The notes below the pieces were generated by a model, which was given only the letters and a program-made list of their open reading frames with translations, did not search any database and was not told where the DNA came from. Position numbers and translations under genes: made by a program. DNA of 64,000 bases from an uncultured delta proteobacterium (GTDB lineage Bacteria > Myxococcota_A > UBA9160 > SMWR01). Location of the stretch: contig CAWHTE010000007.1 in the NCBI GenBank assembly GCA_963832165.1, positions 480,001 through 544,000 on the forward strand, written 5' to 3'. This document shows positions 1 to 12,746 of the stretch, one piece after another. Positions within the stretch are counted from its first letter, which is position 1. Every line of letters begins with the position of its first letter.

Positions 1-393
1 GGCGATCGCTGTCTGCTCGGCCGCGGTCCCGGCTGGCCCGCGACGATGTTCTCGGCACTCGCGGGCTTCGTCGAAGCCGGCGAGAGCCTCGAAGACGCGG
101 TGCGCCGCGAGGTGTTCGAGGAGGCGGGCGTTCGCGTCGGGCGCGTCACCTATCTCGCGTCGCAGCCGTGGCCGTTCCCGTCTTCGCTGATGCTCGGCTG
201 CGTGGCGCAAGCGGAGAGCGAGGCGATCACGATCGATCCCGCGGAGCTCGAGGAGGCGCGCTGGTTCTCGCGCGAGGCGTTGCGCGCCGCCCTCGCGGGG
301 CGCAAGACCGACCTCGCAGCGCCGCCGCCGTTCGCGATCGCGCACCATCTGATCCGCGCGTGGTGCGAGACGGACGTCGGAGGAGCGACCTAG
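1..393 (+). CDS. nudC: NAD(+) diphosphatase, C-terminal part (5' truncated by window edge)
   Basis: Nudix box AGFVEAGESLEDAVRREVFEEAG followed by the NudC signature SQPWPFPSSLM. Confidence 0.92.
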   Translation, partial: GDRCLLGRGPGWPATMFSALAGFVEAGESLEDAVRREVFEEAGVRVGRVTYLASQPWPFPSSLMLGCVAQAESEAITIDPAELEEARWFSREALRAALAGRKTDLAAPPPFAIAHHLIRAWCETDVGGAT

Positions 394-397
394 CGCG

Positions 398-1078
398 ATG
401 GCCGATCCCGCGCGCCCGCACCTGAATCAGCCCGGCGGACGCTTCGCCGCATCGATCCACCCGAACGTTGCGGGCCGCGAGCGCGAGCTGCGCGCGATGG
501 CCGACGCCGTGCGGCGCCTGGTGCGGATCACCGTCAACAACACGGGCGACGCCGCGTGGACCGCCGACGCCGCGCAGCGCATCGCCGCGATCGCGGACGC
601 GCTGGAACCCGCCGTGCCCACCGTGCCGCCCTCTCGCTACGGCGGGCTCCGGCAGCCCGAGGGTCCGCACGACTTCTTTCCCTACGACGTGATGCTCGGG
701 ATCTACAACCCGATCGCGCTGCCGATCGAGATGGAGTGGCAGCCGCCGCTCGCCATCGGCCACGCCATCTTCGACACGCCCTACGAAGGCCCGCCCGGCT
801 GTGTGCACGGCGCGGTGCTCGCGGCCGCGTTCGACCAGGTGATCAACATCGCCAACATCCACTCGGGCTCGGCGGGTCCGACGCGCACGCTCTCGCTCGA
901 GTACAAGAAGGTCACGCCGCTCGGTGTACCGCTCGTGTTCGAAGGCTGGGTGGAGCGCGTCGACGGGCGCAAGATCACGAGTCGCGCGCGCGTGCTCCAC
1001 GCGGGCGAGGTCACGGTCGAGGCGCACGGACTGTTCATCTGGGTCGACCACGCTCGCGTGATGAAGCTGTCCGAGTAG
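398..1078 (+). CDS. PaaI/hotdog-fold thioesterase
   Basis: YEGPPGCVHGAVLAAAFDQV motif; C-terminal hotdog strands (YKKVTPL, RVDGRKI). Confidence 0.82.
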   Translation: MADPARPHLNQPGGRFAASIHPNVAGRERELRAMADAVRRLVRITVNNTGDAAWTADAAQRIAAIADALEPAVPTVPPSRYGGLRQPEGPHDFFPYDVMLGIYNPIALPIEMEWQPPLAIGHAIFDTPYEGPPGCVHGAVLAAAFDQVINIANIHSGSAGPTRTLSLEYKKVTPLGVPLVFEGWVERVDGRKITSRARVLHAGEVTVEAHGLFIWVDHARVMKLSE

Positions 1079-1080
1079 AC

Positions 1081-1851
1081 CTACTCCACCCTGCGCGCCG
1101 GAAGCGACGTGCCGGCGGCCGCCGAGGGCTCACGGCGCGGGCCGAACAAGTACGCGACGCCGACCCCGATCAGGTACAGGAAGACCATCGGGATGCCCAG
1201 CATCAGCTGGCTCACCCAGTCGGGCGACGGCGTGATGATCGCGGCCACGATGAAGATCGCGAGCACCGCATAGCGCGTTCCGCGCCAGAGATTCGGCGCG
1301 TCGACGATCCCCGCGAGCGAGAGGAAGAACACGAACACGGGCAGCTCGAAAGCGATGCCGAACGCCAGGAACATTCGCGTGGTGAGCTTGAGCACCTCGT
1401 GCATCGACCACGCCGATTGCACGATCTCGGAGTCGTAGCTCGTGAAGAACAGGAACATCACGGGCAGGATCTGCGAGTAGCCGAACACCGCGCCGCCCGC
1501 GAACAGCGCCGTCGACACGATCACGAACGGCAGCGCGGTGTTCTTCTCGCTCGCGTAGAGACCCGGCGCCACGAACGCCCACACCTGCCAGAACACCACG
1601 GGCAGCGAGAACACGAAGCCCGCGAGCAGCGCGCACTTCACGTACGAGAAGAAGATCTCGGACGGTGCGATCGCCTGGAGCGATTGTCCTTCGCCCAGCG
1701 CGTGCACGGCGGGCGCGAGCAGCAGCGCGAAGATCTCGTCGCTCCAGCGCCATGCGGCCACCGAGCCGATCAGCCAGGCGAGCAGGATCCGGATGATCCG
1801 CGTGCGCAGCTCGGCGAGGTGGTCGGTGAGCGGGAGCCGCGTCTCATCCAT
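1081..1851 (-). CDS. tatC: Twin-arginine translocase subunit TatC
   Basis: HLAELRTR, QVWAFVAPGLY..EK, FELP and AAIITPSPD motifs; six hydrophobic segments. Confidence 0.95.
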   Translation of the reverse strand: MDETRLPLTDHLAELRTRIIRILLAWLIGSVAAWRWSDEIFALLLAPAVHALGEGQSLQAIAPSEIFFSYVKCALLAGFVFSLPVVFWQVWAFVAPGLYASEKNTALPFVIVSTALFAGGAVFGYSQILPVMFLFFTSYDSEIVQSAWSMHEVLKLTTRMFLAFGIAFELPVFVFFLSLAGIVDAPNLWRGTRYAVLAIFIVAAIITPSPDWVSQLMLGIPMVFLYLIGVGVAYLFGPRREPSAAAGTSLPARRVE

Positions 1852-2131
1852 CGCGGGGCGGATCGGTGGGAGCGGCCGGCGCGCTCGGCGCCGCCGCGGG
1901 AGCTGCTGGGGGCGTGGCGGGCGGTGTCGTGCGCGGCGTGAGCAGCGGAGACGCGAGGTCGGCGTCTTCGGTCACACTCATGAACTCGCGGCGCATGTCG
2001 TTCGAAGCGCGCCGGAACTCGGCCAGGCTGCGCCCGAGCGAACGCGCGAGCTCGGGCAGGCGCTTGGGGCCGAGCACGACGAGCCCGATCACGAAGATCA
2101 CCATGAGCTCGGTCATTCCGATGCCGAACAT
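1844..2131 (-). CDS. tatB: Twin-arginine translocase TatA/TatB family subunit
   Basis: MFGIGMTEL..LVVLGPKRLPELARSLGR; directly upstream of tatC. Confidence 0.85.
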   Translation of the reverse strand: MFGIGMTELMVIFVIGLVVLGPKRLPELARSLGRSLAEFRRASNDMRREFMSVTEDADLASPLLTPRTTPPATPPAAPAAAPSAPAAPTDPPRDG

Positions 2132-2184
2132 GCCGAGAGCGTAGCCGAGGGAGCGACCCTATCACGGGCTAGGCTTCGCCGGCG

Positions 2185-3804
2185 ATGGGGGAACGCGCCG
2201 CGCGGATCGCGTTGCTGGTGCCGGCCGGGGTGCTCTGCGCGCTCCTGGTCGACGCCTGGCCGGTCACGGTCGACGACGCGTACATCAGCTTCCGGCACGC
2301 GCGAAACTGGGTCGAGCACGGATCGCCGTCGTTCGACGCGCGCGAGCCGATCGAGGCGTACTCCAACTTCGCGTCGGTGGCACTCGCGGCCGCGGTGCTG
2401 CGGCTCGGCGGCGATCCGGCGACCGCGGCGAAGGGGCTCGGCGCGCTGTGCGCGCTGAGCTCGCTCGCGCTCGCGTACACGATCGCGCGACGCGCGGGCG
2501 CGGGGCCGGGCCATGCGCTGCTCGGCGCGGGGATCCTGTCGGTCTCGACCGGCCTCGGCTTCTGGGCGGTCTCGGGCCTCGAGACCGCGCTGTTCGGGCT
2601 GCTGCTCTCGTGGGGCGTGTGGCTGCTCATGGCCGAGCGCGCATCACCCGGGTGGTGCTGCGCGGTGCTCCTGCTCGCGGCGCTCGGACGCGTGGAGGGA
2701 CCCGTCCTCGTGGGCGCAGCGGTTGCGGCGCGCGTGATCGTGAGACAGCGCGAGGGAATCGCGATCCGCGCGCTCGCGCGCGAGCACGCATGGGTGGCGC
2801 TTCTCGCAGCGGGCTATGCGACCTACTTCGCATGGCGCTGGCATCACTACGGTCACCTGTTTCCGAGCCCGATCTACTTCAAGCGCATCGGAGCGGCGGG
2901 TGACGTCTTCGCGTCGCACACCGCGGTGTTCCTCGCGGGCTCGTTTCCGCTCGTGCTGGTGGCGTCGGCCGCGCCGTGGCTCGCGGAGCGCCGCAGCGCG
3001 ATCGCGCTGGCCCCGGTGGTCGCGGCGCTCGCCGCATTCGCGAGCGCGCGCGAGCTCGTGCTCGAGGACGTGAGCACGATGGCCTGGTTCGACCGCTATT
3101 TCGTGCCGGTGCTGCCCTGTCTCGCCGCGTGCGCCGCCGCGGCGCTCGCGGGCGCGTCGCGCGCGGCTGCCGCATATCGGCCTCGGCGCACGGCCGTGGC
3201 GTTCGCGGGCGGCTTCCTGCTCTTGTGGCAGCTCGTAAACCCCACGGCCAACCCGCTGCGCCTGCTCGCGCGCTCGCGCGCGTATCCCGCGGCGGTGGCC
3301 GCGCGCAACGTCCCGTCCGCCGACTATCTCGAGCGGCGCTTCGGGGCCGCGGGGAGTGTGGTCGCGGGCGACATCGGCCTGCTCGGCTATCGCTTCTCGG
3401 GATCGGTCTGGGATCTCTATGGGCTCGCGAGCTACGACCGCACGCTGCGCCACCGCGGCGAGCTCGATCCGTACCTGCGCGATCTGCTCGCGCGCGACCC
3501 GGACGCGATCCTCTTGTGCTTCTCTGCCGAGCGCGATCCGCCCGAGCCGTGTCAGTACGCCGAGCGCGAGCTCGCGGCGCAGCCGGAGTTCCGGGCGCGC
3601 TATGCGCCGACGGCCGAGTTCGGGCGCACCGAGGTTCCGGCGGCCTATCACGTGATCTTCGAGCGATCGCGCGCGCGCGATCAGGTGCGCTCGGGCTCCG
3701 GGGCGGCACCCTCGGCCGCTTCGGCGAGCACCGTGATGTCGACGTCGTTCGCGTTCGACTCGACGATCGCCGCGAATTCCTTGGCGAGGTGCGGGTCGAA
3801 CTGA
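2185..3804 (+). CDS. Polytopic membrane protein, GT-C-like glycosyltransferase (AftB/ArnT-like)
   Basis: DDAYISFRHARNW loop after TM1, SGLET, RVEG, DRYFVP and GDIG..GY..DLYGL motifs; many TM segments. Confidence 0.65.
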   Translation: MGERAARIALLVPAGVLCALLVDAWPVTVDDAYISFRHARNWVEHGSPSFDAREPIEAYSNFASVALAAAVLRLGGDPATAAKGLGALCALSSLALAYTIARRAGAGPGHALLGAGILSVSTGLGFWAVSGLETALFGLLLSWGVWLLMAERASPGWCCAVLLLAALGRVEGPVLVGAAVAARVIVRQREGIAIRALAREHAWVALLAAGYATYFAWRWHHYGHLFPSPIYFKRIGAAGDVFASHTAVFLAGSFPLVLVASAAPWLAERRSAIALAPVVAALAAFASARELVLEDVSTMAWFDRYFVPVLPCLAACAAAALAGASRAAAAYRPRRTAVAFAGGFLLLWQLVNPTANPLRLLARSRAYPAAVAARNVPSADYLERRFGAAGSVVAGDIGLLGYRFSGSVWDLYGLASYDRTLRHRGELDPYLRDLLARDPDAILLCFSAERDPPEPCQYAERELAAQPEFRARYAPTAEFGRTEVPAAYHVIFERSRARDQVRSGSGAAPSAASASTVMSTSFAFDSTIAANSLARCGSN

Positions 3805-4859
3805 ACGCCCGCGAAGCGCCGCAGCTCGCCCAGCACCACCTCGCGGCGCAGCGCGCGGCGGTAGGGCCGGTCGCAGCTCATCGCGTCGAACGCGTCCGCG
3901 ACCGAGACGATCCGCGCGGTCAGCGGGATGTCCTGGCCCGACAGGCCGTCGGGGTAGCCCGTACCATCCCACCACTCGTGGTGGTGCTGGATCGCGAGCG
4001 TGAGATCGGATTGCAGGAGCAGTGGCCGCACCAGGCGCGCGCCGATCAGCGGGTGCTGCTCGACGATCTTGCGCTCGTTCGGATCGAGCGCCCCCTCGCG
4101 CAGCAACAGCTCGCTCGGGATGCCGACCTTGCCGATGTCGTGCAGGAAGGCGGCGATGCGCGCCTGTTCCTGCTCGCGGCCGTAGAGCCCCATGCGCTCG
4201 GCGAGCACGCCCGCATAGAACGACACGCGCCGTGCGTGGCCGCGCATGTAGCGGCCCTTGGTCTCGATCGTCTCCGCGAGCACCTCGAGGAAGTCCACCG
4301 TGCGCAGCTCCTCGACGTGGGACTCGAGCGCGGCACCCTCGTCGCCGCGCTCGGCGAGCAGCTGCGACAGCCGGCCGCGCAGCTTCTGGCTGTGCTCCAC
4401 CTCCCGCAGGATCGCCGCGGCGTCCTGGTCGCGCCCAACCACGCTGCCGAGCTCCTCGAGGAACGAGCGCAGGCCACTGCGCGCGCGGCCGCGCGCGATC
4501 GCACGCGAGACCGCCGCGCCCACCTTCACCACGTCGAACGGCTTCTCGAGGTAATCGCAGATGCCGATCCTCACCGACTCGGCCGCGCTCTCGACCGTGG
4601 CGCAGCCCGTGATCACGATGATCTCGGTATTCGGGAACTCCTCGTGCACGCGGCGCAAGAGGTCCTGACCGCTCATGCCCGGCATGTTGAGATCGACCGT
4701 CACGATCTCGACGGGCTCGCGGCGCAGGATCGCGAGGGCATCGATCGCGTTGCCCGCGGTCAGCACGCGGAACGACGACGACAAGATCATGCGCAGCGAG
4801 TCGCGCGGGCCGCGCTCGTCGTCGACCACGAGGATCGTTTCCCGGGTCCGTTCGACCAT
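3681..4859 (-). CDS. Response regulator with HD-GYP c-di-GMP phosphodiesterase domain
   Basis: REC (VVDDE, VDLNMPG, EKPF) plus HDIGK, HHEWWDGTGYP and ADAFDAM. Confidence 0.9.
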   Translation of the reverse strand: MVERTRETILVVDDERGPRDSLRMILSSSFRVLTAGNAIDALAILRREPVEIVTVDLNMPGMSGQDLLRRVHEEFPNTEIIVITGCATVESAAESVRIGICDYLEKPFDVVKVGAAVSRAIARGRARSGLRSFLEELGSVVGRDQDAAAILREVEHSQKLRGRLSQLLAERGDEGAALESHVEELRTVDFLEVLAETIETKGRYMRGHARRVSFYAGVLAERMGLYGREQEQARIAAFLHDIGKVGIPSELLLREGALDPNERKIVEQHPLIGARLVRPLLLQSDLTLAIQHHHEWWDGTGYPDGLSGQDIPLTARIVSVADAFDAMSCDRPYRRALRREVVLGELRRFAGVQFDPHLAKEFAAIVESNANDVDITVLAEAAEGAAPEPERT

Positions 4860-4897
4860 GTCGGGTCTCCGCGGGGGATGGCGCAGAGAACGGAACC

Positions 4898-4912
4898 GCA
4901 AGTTGCGTGCCC
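4898..4912 (-). promoter_or_regulatory. Sigma54 -24/-12 promoter of the HD-GYP gene
   Basis: Minus strand reads GGGCAC-GCAAC-TTGC (GG-N10-GC), about 40 nt upstream of the ATG at 4859. Confidence 0.65.
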
Positions 4913-5012
4913 GATGTGCGATTCGAGTGCAAACTCCGCGTCAACTATCCGACCGATCTCGCGAATTCGGACAGCGCCGCGAAAGGTGGCGGCGTCGGTT
5001 CCGCGGTGTCGC

Positions 5013-5042
5013 CGTGTCCGATCTCTGACACATCTCTGACAC
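5013..5042. promoter_or_regulatory. Putative enhancer (UAS): tandem ATCTCTGACAC x2 overlapping a GTGTC-N8-GACAC palindrome
   Basis: Perfect 11-bp direct repeat at 5021-5031 and 5032-5042, about 110-130 bp upstream of a sigma54 promoter. Confidence 0.5.
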
Positions 5043-5072
5043 ACCGTCAGCCGATCGGCGCGCTCCGCGCGA

Positions 5073-9106
<4,034 letters not shown>

Positions 9107-9110
<4 letters not shown>

Positions 9111-9697
9111 GTGTCTTGCGTCTTGGTGCGCGCGAGCTCGCGCCGCAGCCAGGCCGACGCCACGCGCCAGTCGCGCTCCGCCGTGCGCAGCGACGTGCCC
9201 AGATGCGTCGCGCACTCCGTCATCGTCATGCCCGCGAACACGCGCAGCTCCACGAGCTTCGCATGCCGCGGCTCGATCTCGGCGAGGCGCTGCAGGCACG
9301 CGTTCAGGTCCAGGACCTCGCCGAGGTCGATCTCCCCTCCGAGCAGCGCGGCCGCGGTGTCGTCGAGGGTGAGGCTCTGCTTGCCGCTTCCGCGCTTGAC
9401 CGCGCGACGCTTCTCGGCGTGCTGCAGGAGCAGGCGCCGCATCGCGATCGCCGCGATCGCGAAGAAGTGACTGCGCCCCTCCCACTCGACGTTGCGCTGA
9501 TCCACGAGCCGCTCGAAAGCCTCGTGGACGAGCGCCGTGGGCTGGAGGGTGTGGTCGGGCCGCTCCCGGCGCAGGTAGCTCCGCGCTAGGCGACGCAGCT
9601 CGTCGTAGACGAGCGGGACCAGCTCGTCCAGCTCGGCCCGACCCACGGGACCCTGAAGAGTCTCGTTGATTCGGGCTCTTGCGTCGGCGGCGTTCAT
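9107..9697 (-). CDS. ECF sigma factor, kinase-associated (ECF43/TIGR02999-like)
   Basis: VYDELRRLA..HTLQPTALVHEAF..HFFAIAAIAMRRLL..KRGSG..ERDW; GGAGGG RBS before the ATG. Confidence 0.9.
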
Positions 9698-9813
9698 CGC
9701 CCCTCCGGGAAGCCCATCTTGGCACAGCGGCGGCCCGCGCCATAGCGCCGTTCGGGCGACTCGTGGCGGGGTTCTGCGGGCATCCCGACGTAGGGGATCA
9801 CCCAGGAGTACCA

Positions 9814-10500
9814 ATGATCGTGAGTGCCACTGAGCACACTTCGAGACCTCCCTTCGGCGGAAACGCTTCGTCCCAGCTCTCGGCCACGCAGATCGAGGCG
9901 AAGGTGGCCCACGAGCTCAGCAACCTGCTGAACGTGGTGGCCGCGTGCAGCGATCGGCTCACGAGCTCTCCAGAGGTCACGGCGGCGGCGCGGCTCGATC
10001 TGCTCTCGCTCGCGGGACGCGTGGCGCATTCGATCATCGACGCTCGCCGGCGCGGCGTGTCGCTGCGCAAGTGGGTGCCCGTGAACCCGACGCTGCGCAG
10101 CCTCGAAGCCGCCGTGCAGTTGTTGCTGCCGTCGGGGGTTTCCGTCGCGCTCGAGCTCGATCCGCGCGCGGGCACCGTGCATCTGGCTCCGGGCGAGCTC
10201 GATCTCGTGATCCTGAACCTCGTGCTCGACGCGCGCACGCGGCTCGCGGGTCTGGGCCAGCTCACGATCCGCAGTACGCACGCGTTAATGCCCGCGGGCG
10301 AAGTGGTGACGGTCTCGATCGAGGATCAGCCCAGCGAAGCGCGTGCGCAGCGCTCCGTTAACGGAATCCAGTTCGGACTCGCGACCGTGCGCCTGATCAC
10401 GCGCGACGCCGCGGGCGAGGTAGAGCTGCGGCCCGGACGCATCGGGGGCTTCGAGGTGCGGATCTCGCTGCCTGCGCGACCCGAGTCATCCGGATCCTGA
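9814..10500 (+). CDS. Sensorless histidine-kinase-like protein with degenerate ATP-binding domain
   Basis: H-box VAHELSNLL; N-box ILNLVLDAR; G1 and G2 boxes lost; AGGAG RBS. Confidence 0.6.
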   Translation: MIVSATEHTSRPPFGGNASSQLSATQIEAKVAHELSNLLNVVAACSDRLTSSPEVTAAARLDLLSLAGRVAHSIIDARRRGVSLRKWVPVNPTLRSLEAAVQLLLPSGVSVALELDPRAGTVHLAPGELDLVILNLVLDARTRLAGLGQLTIRSTHALMPAGEVVTVSIEDQPSEARAQRSVNGIQFGLATVRLITRDAAGEVELRPGRIGGFEVRISLPARPESSGS

Positions 10501-10530
10501 GCGGCCGCGGTCGACACGCCGTGTCCCCGA

Positions 10531-12426
10531 CTACGGCGCCGGCAGGTCCACGACGAGCACGCGCTCTTCGGCCTCGCTCGCGCCGAGCGTGAGGCGGCCG
10601 CCCTGCGCGCGCACGATCAGCTCGGCGATCAGGAACTCGATCGAGTTCTGCAGCGGCCCGAGCGTATCGGCGCCGGCCGCCGACGGATCGCAGAAGCGCA
10701 GCAGCACGCGCACGGCGGCCCCGTTCGAGCCGGTCTCGTGGCGCCGCAACGCGATGTAGAGGTCTCCGCGGTCCGGGACGATCGCGATCGCCTTGTCGAA
10801 TAGCGCCTCGAACGCGAGCCGGAGCTGAGCCGCGTCGGCGATCGCCGCGGGATGGCTCGAGTCGAGCTCCTTGAGCACGAGGTGATGCCGCCGGCGGAAC
10901 GCCTCGCGGCGATCCTCGAGCAGGCCCTCGATCATCTCCGAAACGTCCACCTTGTCCCGGCGCGGCGCATCGAGCGACGCGAGCTGCTCGAGCCGCGCGA
11001 GCAGCCCGTGGATGCGGCCGATGTCCTCGCGAACCATCTCGGGGAAGCGCGCGCGGAAGTCGGGGTCGTCGAAGCGCTCGGGCAGGAGGTCCGAGAAAGT
11101 CCGGATCGTTGCGAGCGGGTTGCGCACCTGGTGGATCAGCGCGTTCGCGAGCCGGCGCAGCCCCGGATCGTCCTCGCGGATGCGCGCGGGGTCGACGCCG
11201 AGCCGAGGAAAGTCGATCGCGGGCGCGCCGATGATCGGCGGCAGGCCGCTCGTGGGCGCGAGCTCGCTCGGTGTTCGCGCGGGCGGCGCTTCGTTCTCGG
11301 TCTCGTCGTCGGAGAGCAGCGTGCCCACCGCGGAGGCGTCGAGCGGCGCGAGCACGGTGCCCTCGAGCACGAGATCGTCGATTCCGAGCGGGTCGCGCGC
11401 GGTGCCCGCGAGCGATTGTTCCACCACGGCCTCGAGCTCGCGCAGGTTGCCGGGCCACGCGTGATCGCGCAGGTACGCGAGCGCGGCCGCGTCGAAGCGG
11501 CGCGGCGCTTCGCGGTGCTCGCGCGCCCAGGCCGTCAGCACGTCCTGGGCGATCGCCTCGATCCGATGTGCGCGCTCGCGCAGCGGCGGCAGCGAGATCT
11601 CGATCGTGCCGAGTGCGCGCGTGAGCCGGCTGTCGAGCGCGGTGCCCGTCGTGTCCACGCTCGCGAGCCAGCGCAGGATCGGCGTGCGCACGCCGGGGGG
11701 CGGACCCGCCTCGAGCCACGCCGCGAGCGCGCGCTGCACGCGCGGCGCGAGCAGTCCGACCTCGTCGAGCCAGACGCACAGGCTCGGCAGGTGCGGATGC
11801 GCGCGCCCGAGCGCGAACAGCGCACCCTCGATCTCGGAGAGCTCGGTGTCGGCGCCGCACGGGATGTGCGCGAGCGCGCCGTCGCCGGTGCCGCCGAGGT
11901 GGTGCAGGTAGCGGATCAGCGCGCCGCGTCCCGTGCCCGGCTCGCCGCGCACGAGCACGGGAACGCCGGACAGATGCGGATCGAGCGCGCGCAGCAGCTC
12001 AGGCAGATCGAGGTCGGCGAGCCAGCGCGAGAAGCGCGTCGCCGCAGCCTCGCGCTGCGCGCGCTGCGAGAGCGGCGGCCGCGGCGCGGGGCTCGGCCGC
12101 ACCGCGCGCGCGAGATCGTCCGCGCGCGGCGGGTAGGCCAGGAACTCCGCCGAGAGCCGATCGAACTGCGCCACCGCGGCCGCGGCGGCCTCCTTGTCGC
12201 CGATCAGCACCCAGTGCGCGTGTGCGAGGCGGTGGCGCTGGCGGTGAGCGAACTCCAGCTCGGGCTCCCAGTCGCCCGCGAGCCCGAGCACCACCACGTC
12301 CGCGGCCGGAGCCGCGTCGAACAACGGGTCGGACGGGCGCCCGATCACGGCATCCGAGGTACCGGCGAGCCGGATCAGGGCCGCGCGAGCGCGGTCGTCG
12401 CGGTGGACGATCCAGACGGTGGCCAT
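10531..12426 (-). CDS. Pseudo-receiver / degenerate sigma54-activator AAA / HisKA-HATPase-like fusion
   Basis: GEPGTGR, WLDEV, LPPLRER and WPGNLREL (EBP AAA); IHQVRNPL (HisKA); degenerate N-terminal REC. Confidence 0.72.
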   Translation of the reverse strand: MATVWIVHRDDRARAALIRLAGTSDAVIGRPSDPLFDAAPAADVVVLGLAGDWEPELEFAHRQRHRLAHAHWVLIGDKEAAAAAVAQFDRLSAEFLAYPPRADDLARAVRPSPAPRPPLSQRAQREAAATRFSRWLADLDLPELLRALDPHLSGVPVLVRGEPGTGRGALIRYLHHLGGTGDGALAHIPCGADTELSEIEGALFALGRAHPHLPSLCVWLDEVGLLAPRVQRALAAWLEAGPPPGVRTPILRWLASVDTTGTALDSRLTRALGTIEISLPPLRERAHRIEAIAQDVLTAWAREHREAPRRFDAAALAYLRDHAWPGNLRELEAVVEQSLAGTARDPLGIDDLVLEGTVLAPLDASAVGTLLSDDETENEAPPARTPSELAPTSGLPPIIGAPAIDFPRLGVDPARIREDDPGLRRLANALIHQVRNPLATIRTFSDLLPERFDDPDFRARFPEMVREDIGRIHGLLARLEQLASLDAPRRDKVDVSEMIEGLLEDRREAFRRRHHLVLKELDSSHPAAIADAAQLRLAFEALFDKAIAIVPDRGDLYIALRRHETGSNGAAVRVLLRFCDPSAAGADTLGPLQNSIEFLIAELIVRAQGGRLTLGASEAEERVLVVDLPAP

Positions 12427-12468
12427 TGAAACCCAAACGAATGTTACAGCGGTGCGCCAAAATTCCGC

Positions 12469-12484
12469 GCAATCGCTGTGCCAA
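12469..12484 (-). promoter_or_regulatory. Sigma54 -24/-12 promoter
   Basis: Minus strand TTGGCAC-AGCGA-TTGC, a near-perfect consensus about 43 nt upstream of the ATG at 12426. Confidence 0.75.
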
Positions 12485-12746
12485 TGCCATCGGGCTCCGG
12501 TTGGACAGGCAAGTCCCCGGGTGAACTGCCGGCACACAAAGCACAAAGACTTTGGGGCAGTCTGCCCGGGCGCCCGGCGGAGAGCGCAGCGTGTGGGCAA
12601 AGGTTTTCTCTCGCAGGAAACCCGGATCTCTGTCAGATTGAGCCTCTGCGCTCGGGGGACGGGGGTCGCCGAGGCGGGCGCGGAATCGGGCCGTCCGGCG
12701 GTTGCGTCGTCGGGCGTCGCCGGGGGGAGGCGTGGAAGTAACTTCT

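Noticed and set aside
2..594. Frequent GCGATCGC (HIP1-like) octamers, e.g. 2-9, 334-341, 587-594
   Set aside because: Plausibly explained by GCG-ATC-GCN codon usage at high GC; enrichment cannot be shown without a Markov-model count.
9719..9734. Sigma54 promoter for the pseudo-kinase gene
   Set aside because: Good -24 box (TTGGCAC) but the -12 box is GCGGC rather than TTGC; not called as a feature.
12590..12625. c-di-GMP-I riboswitch-like GGCAAA plus hairpin
   Set aside because: It lacks the GNRA tetraloop and the second GCAAA/receptor stem.
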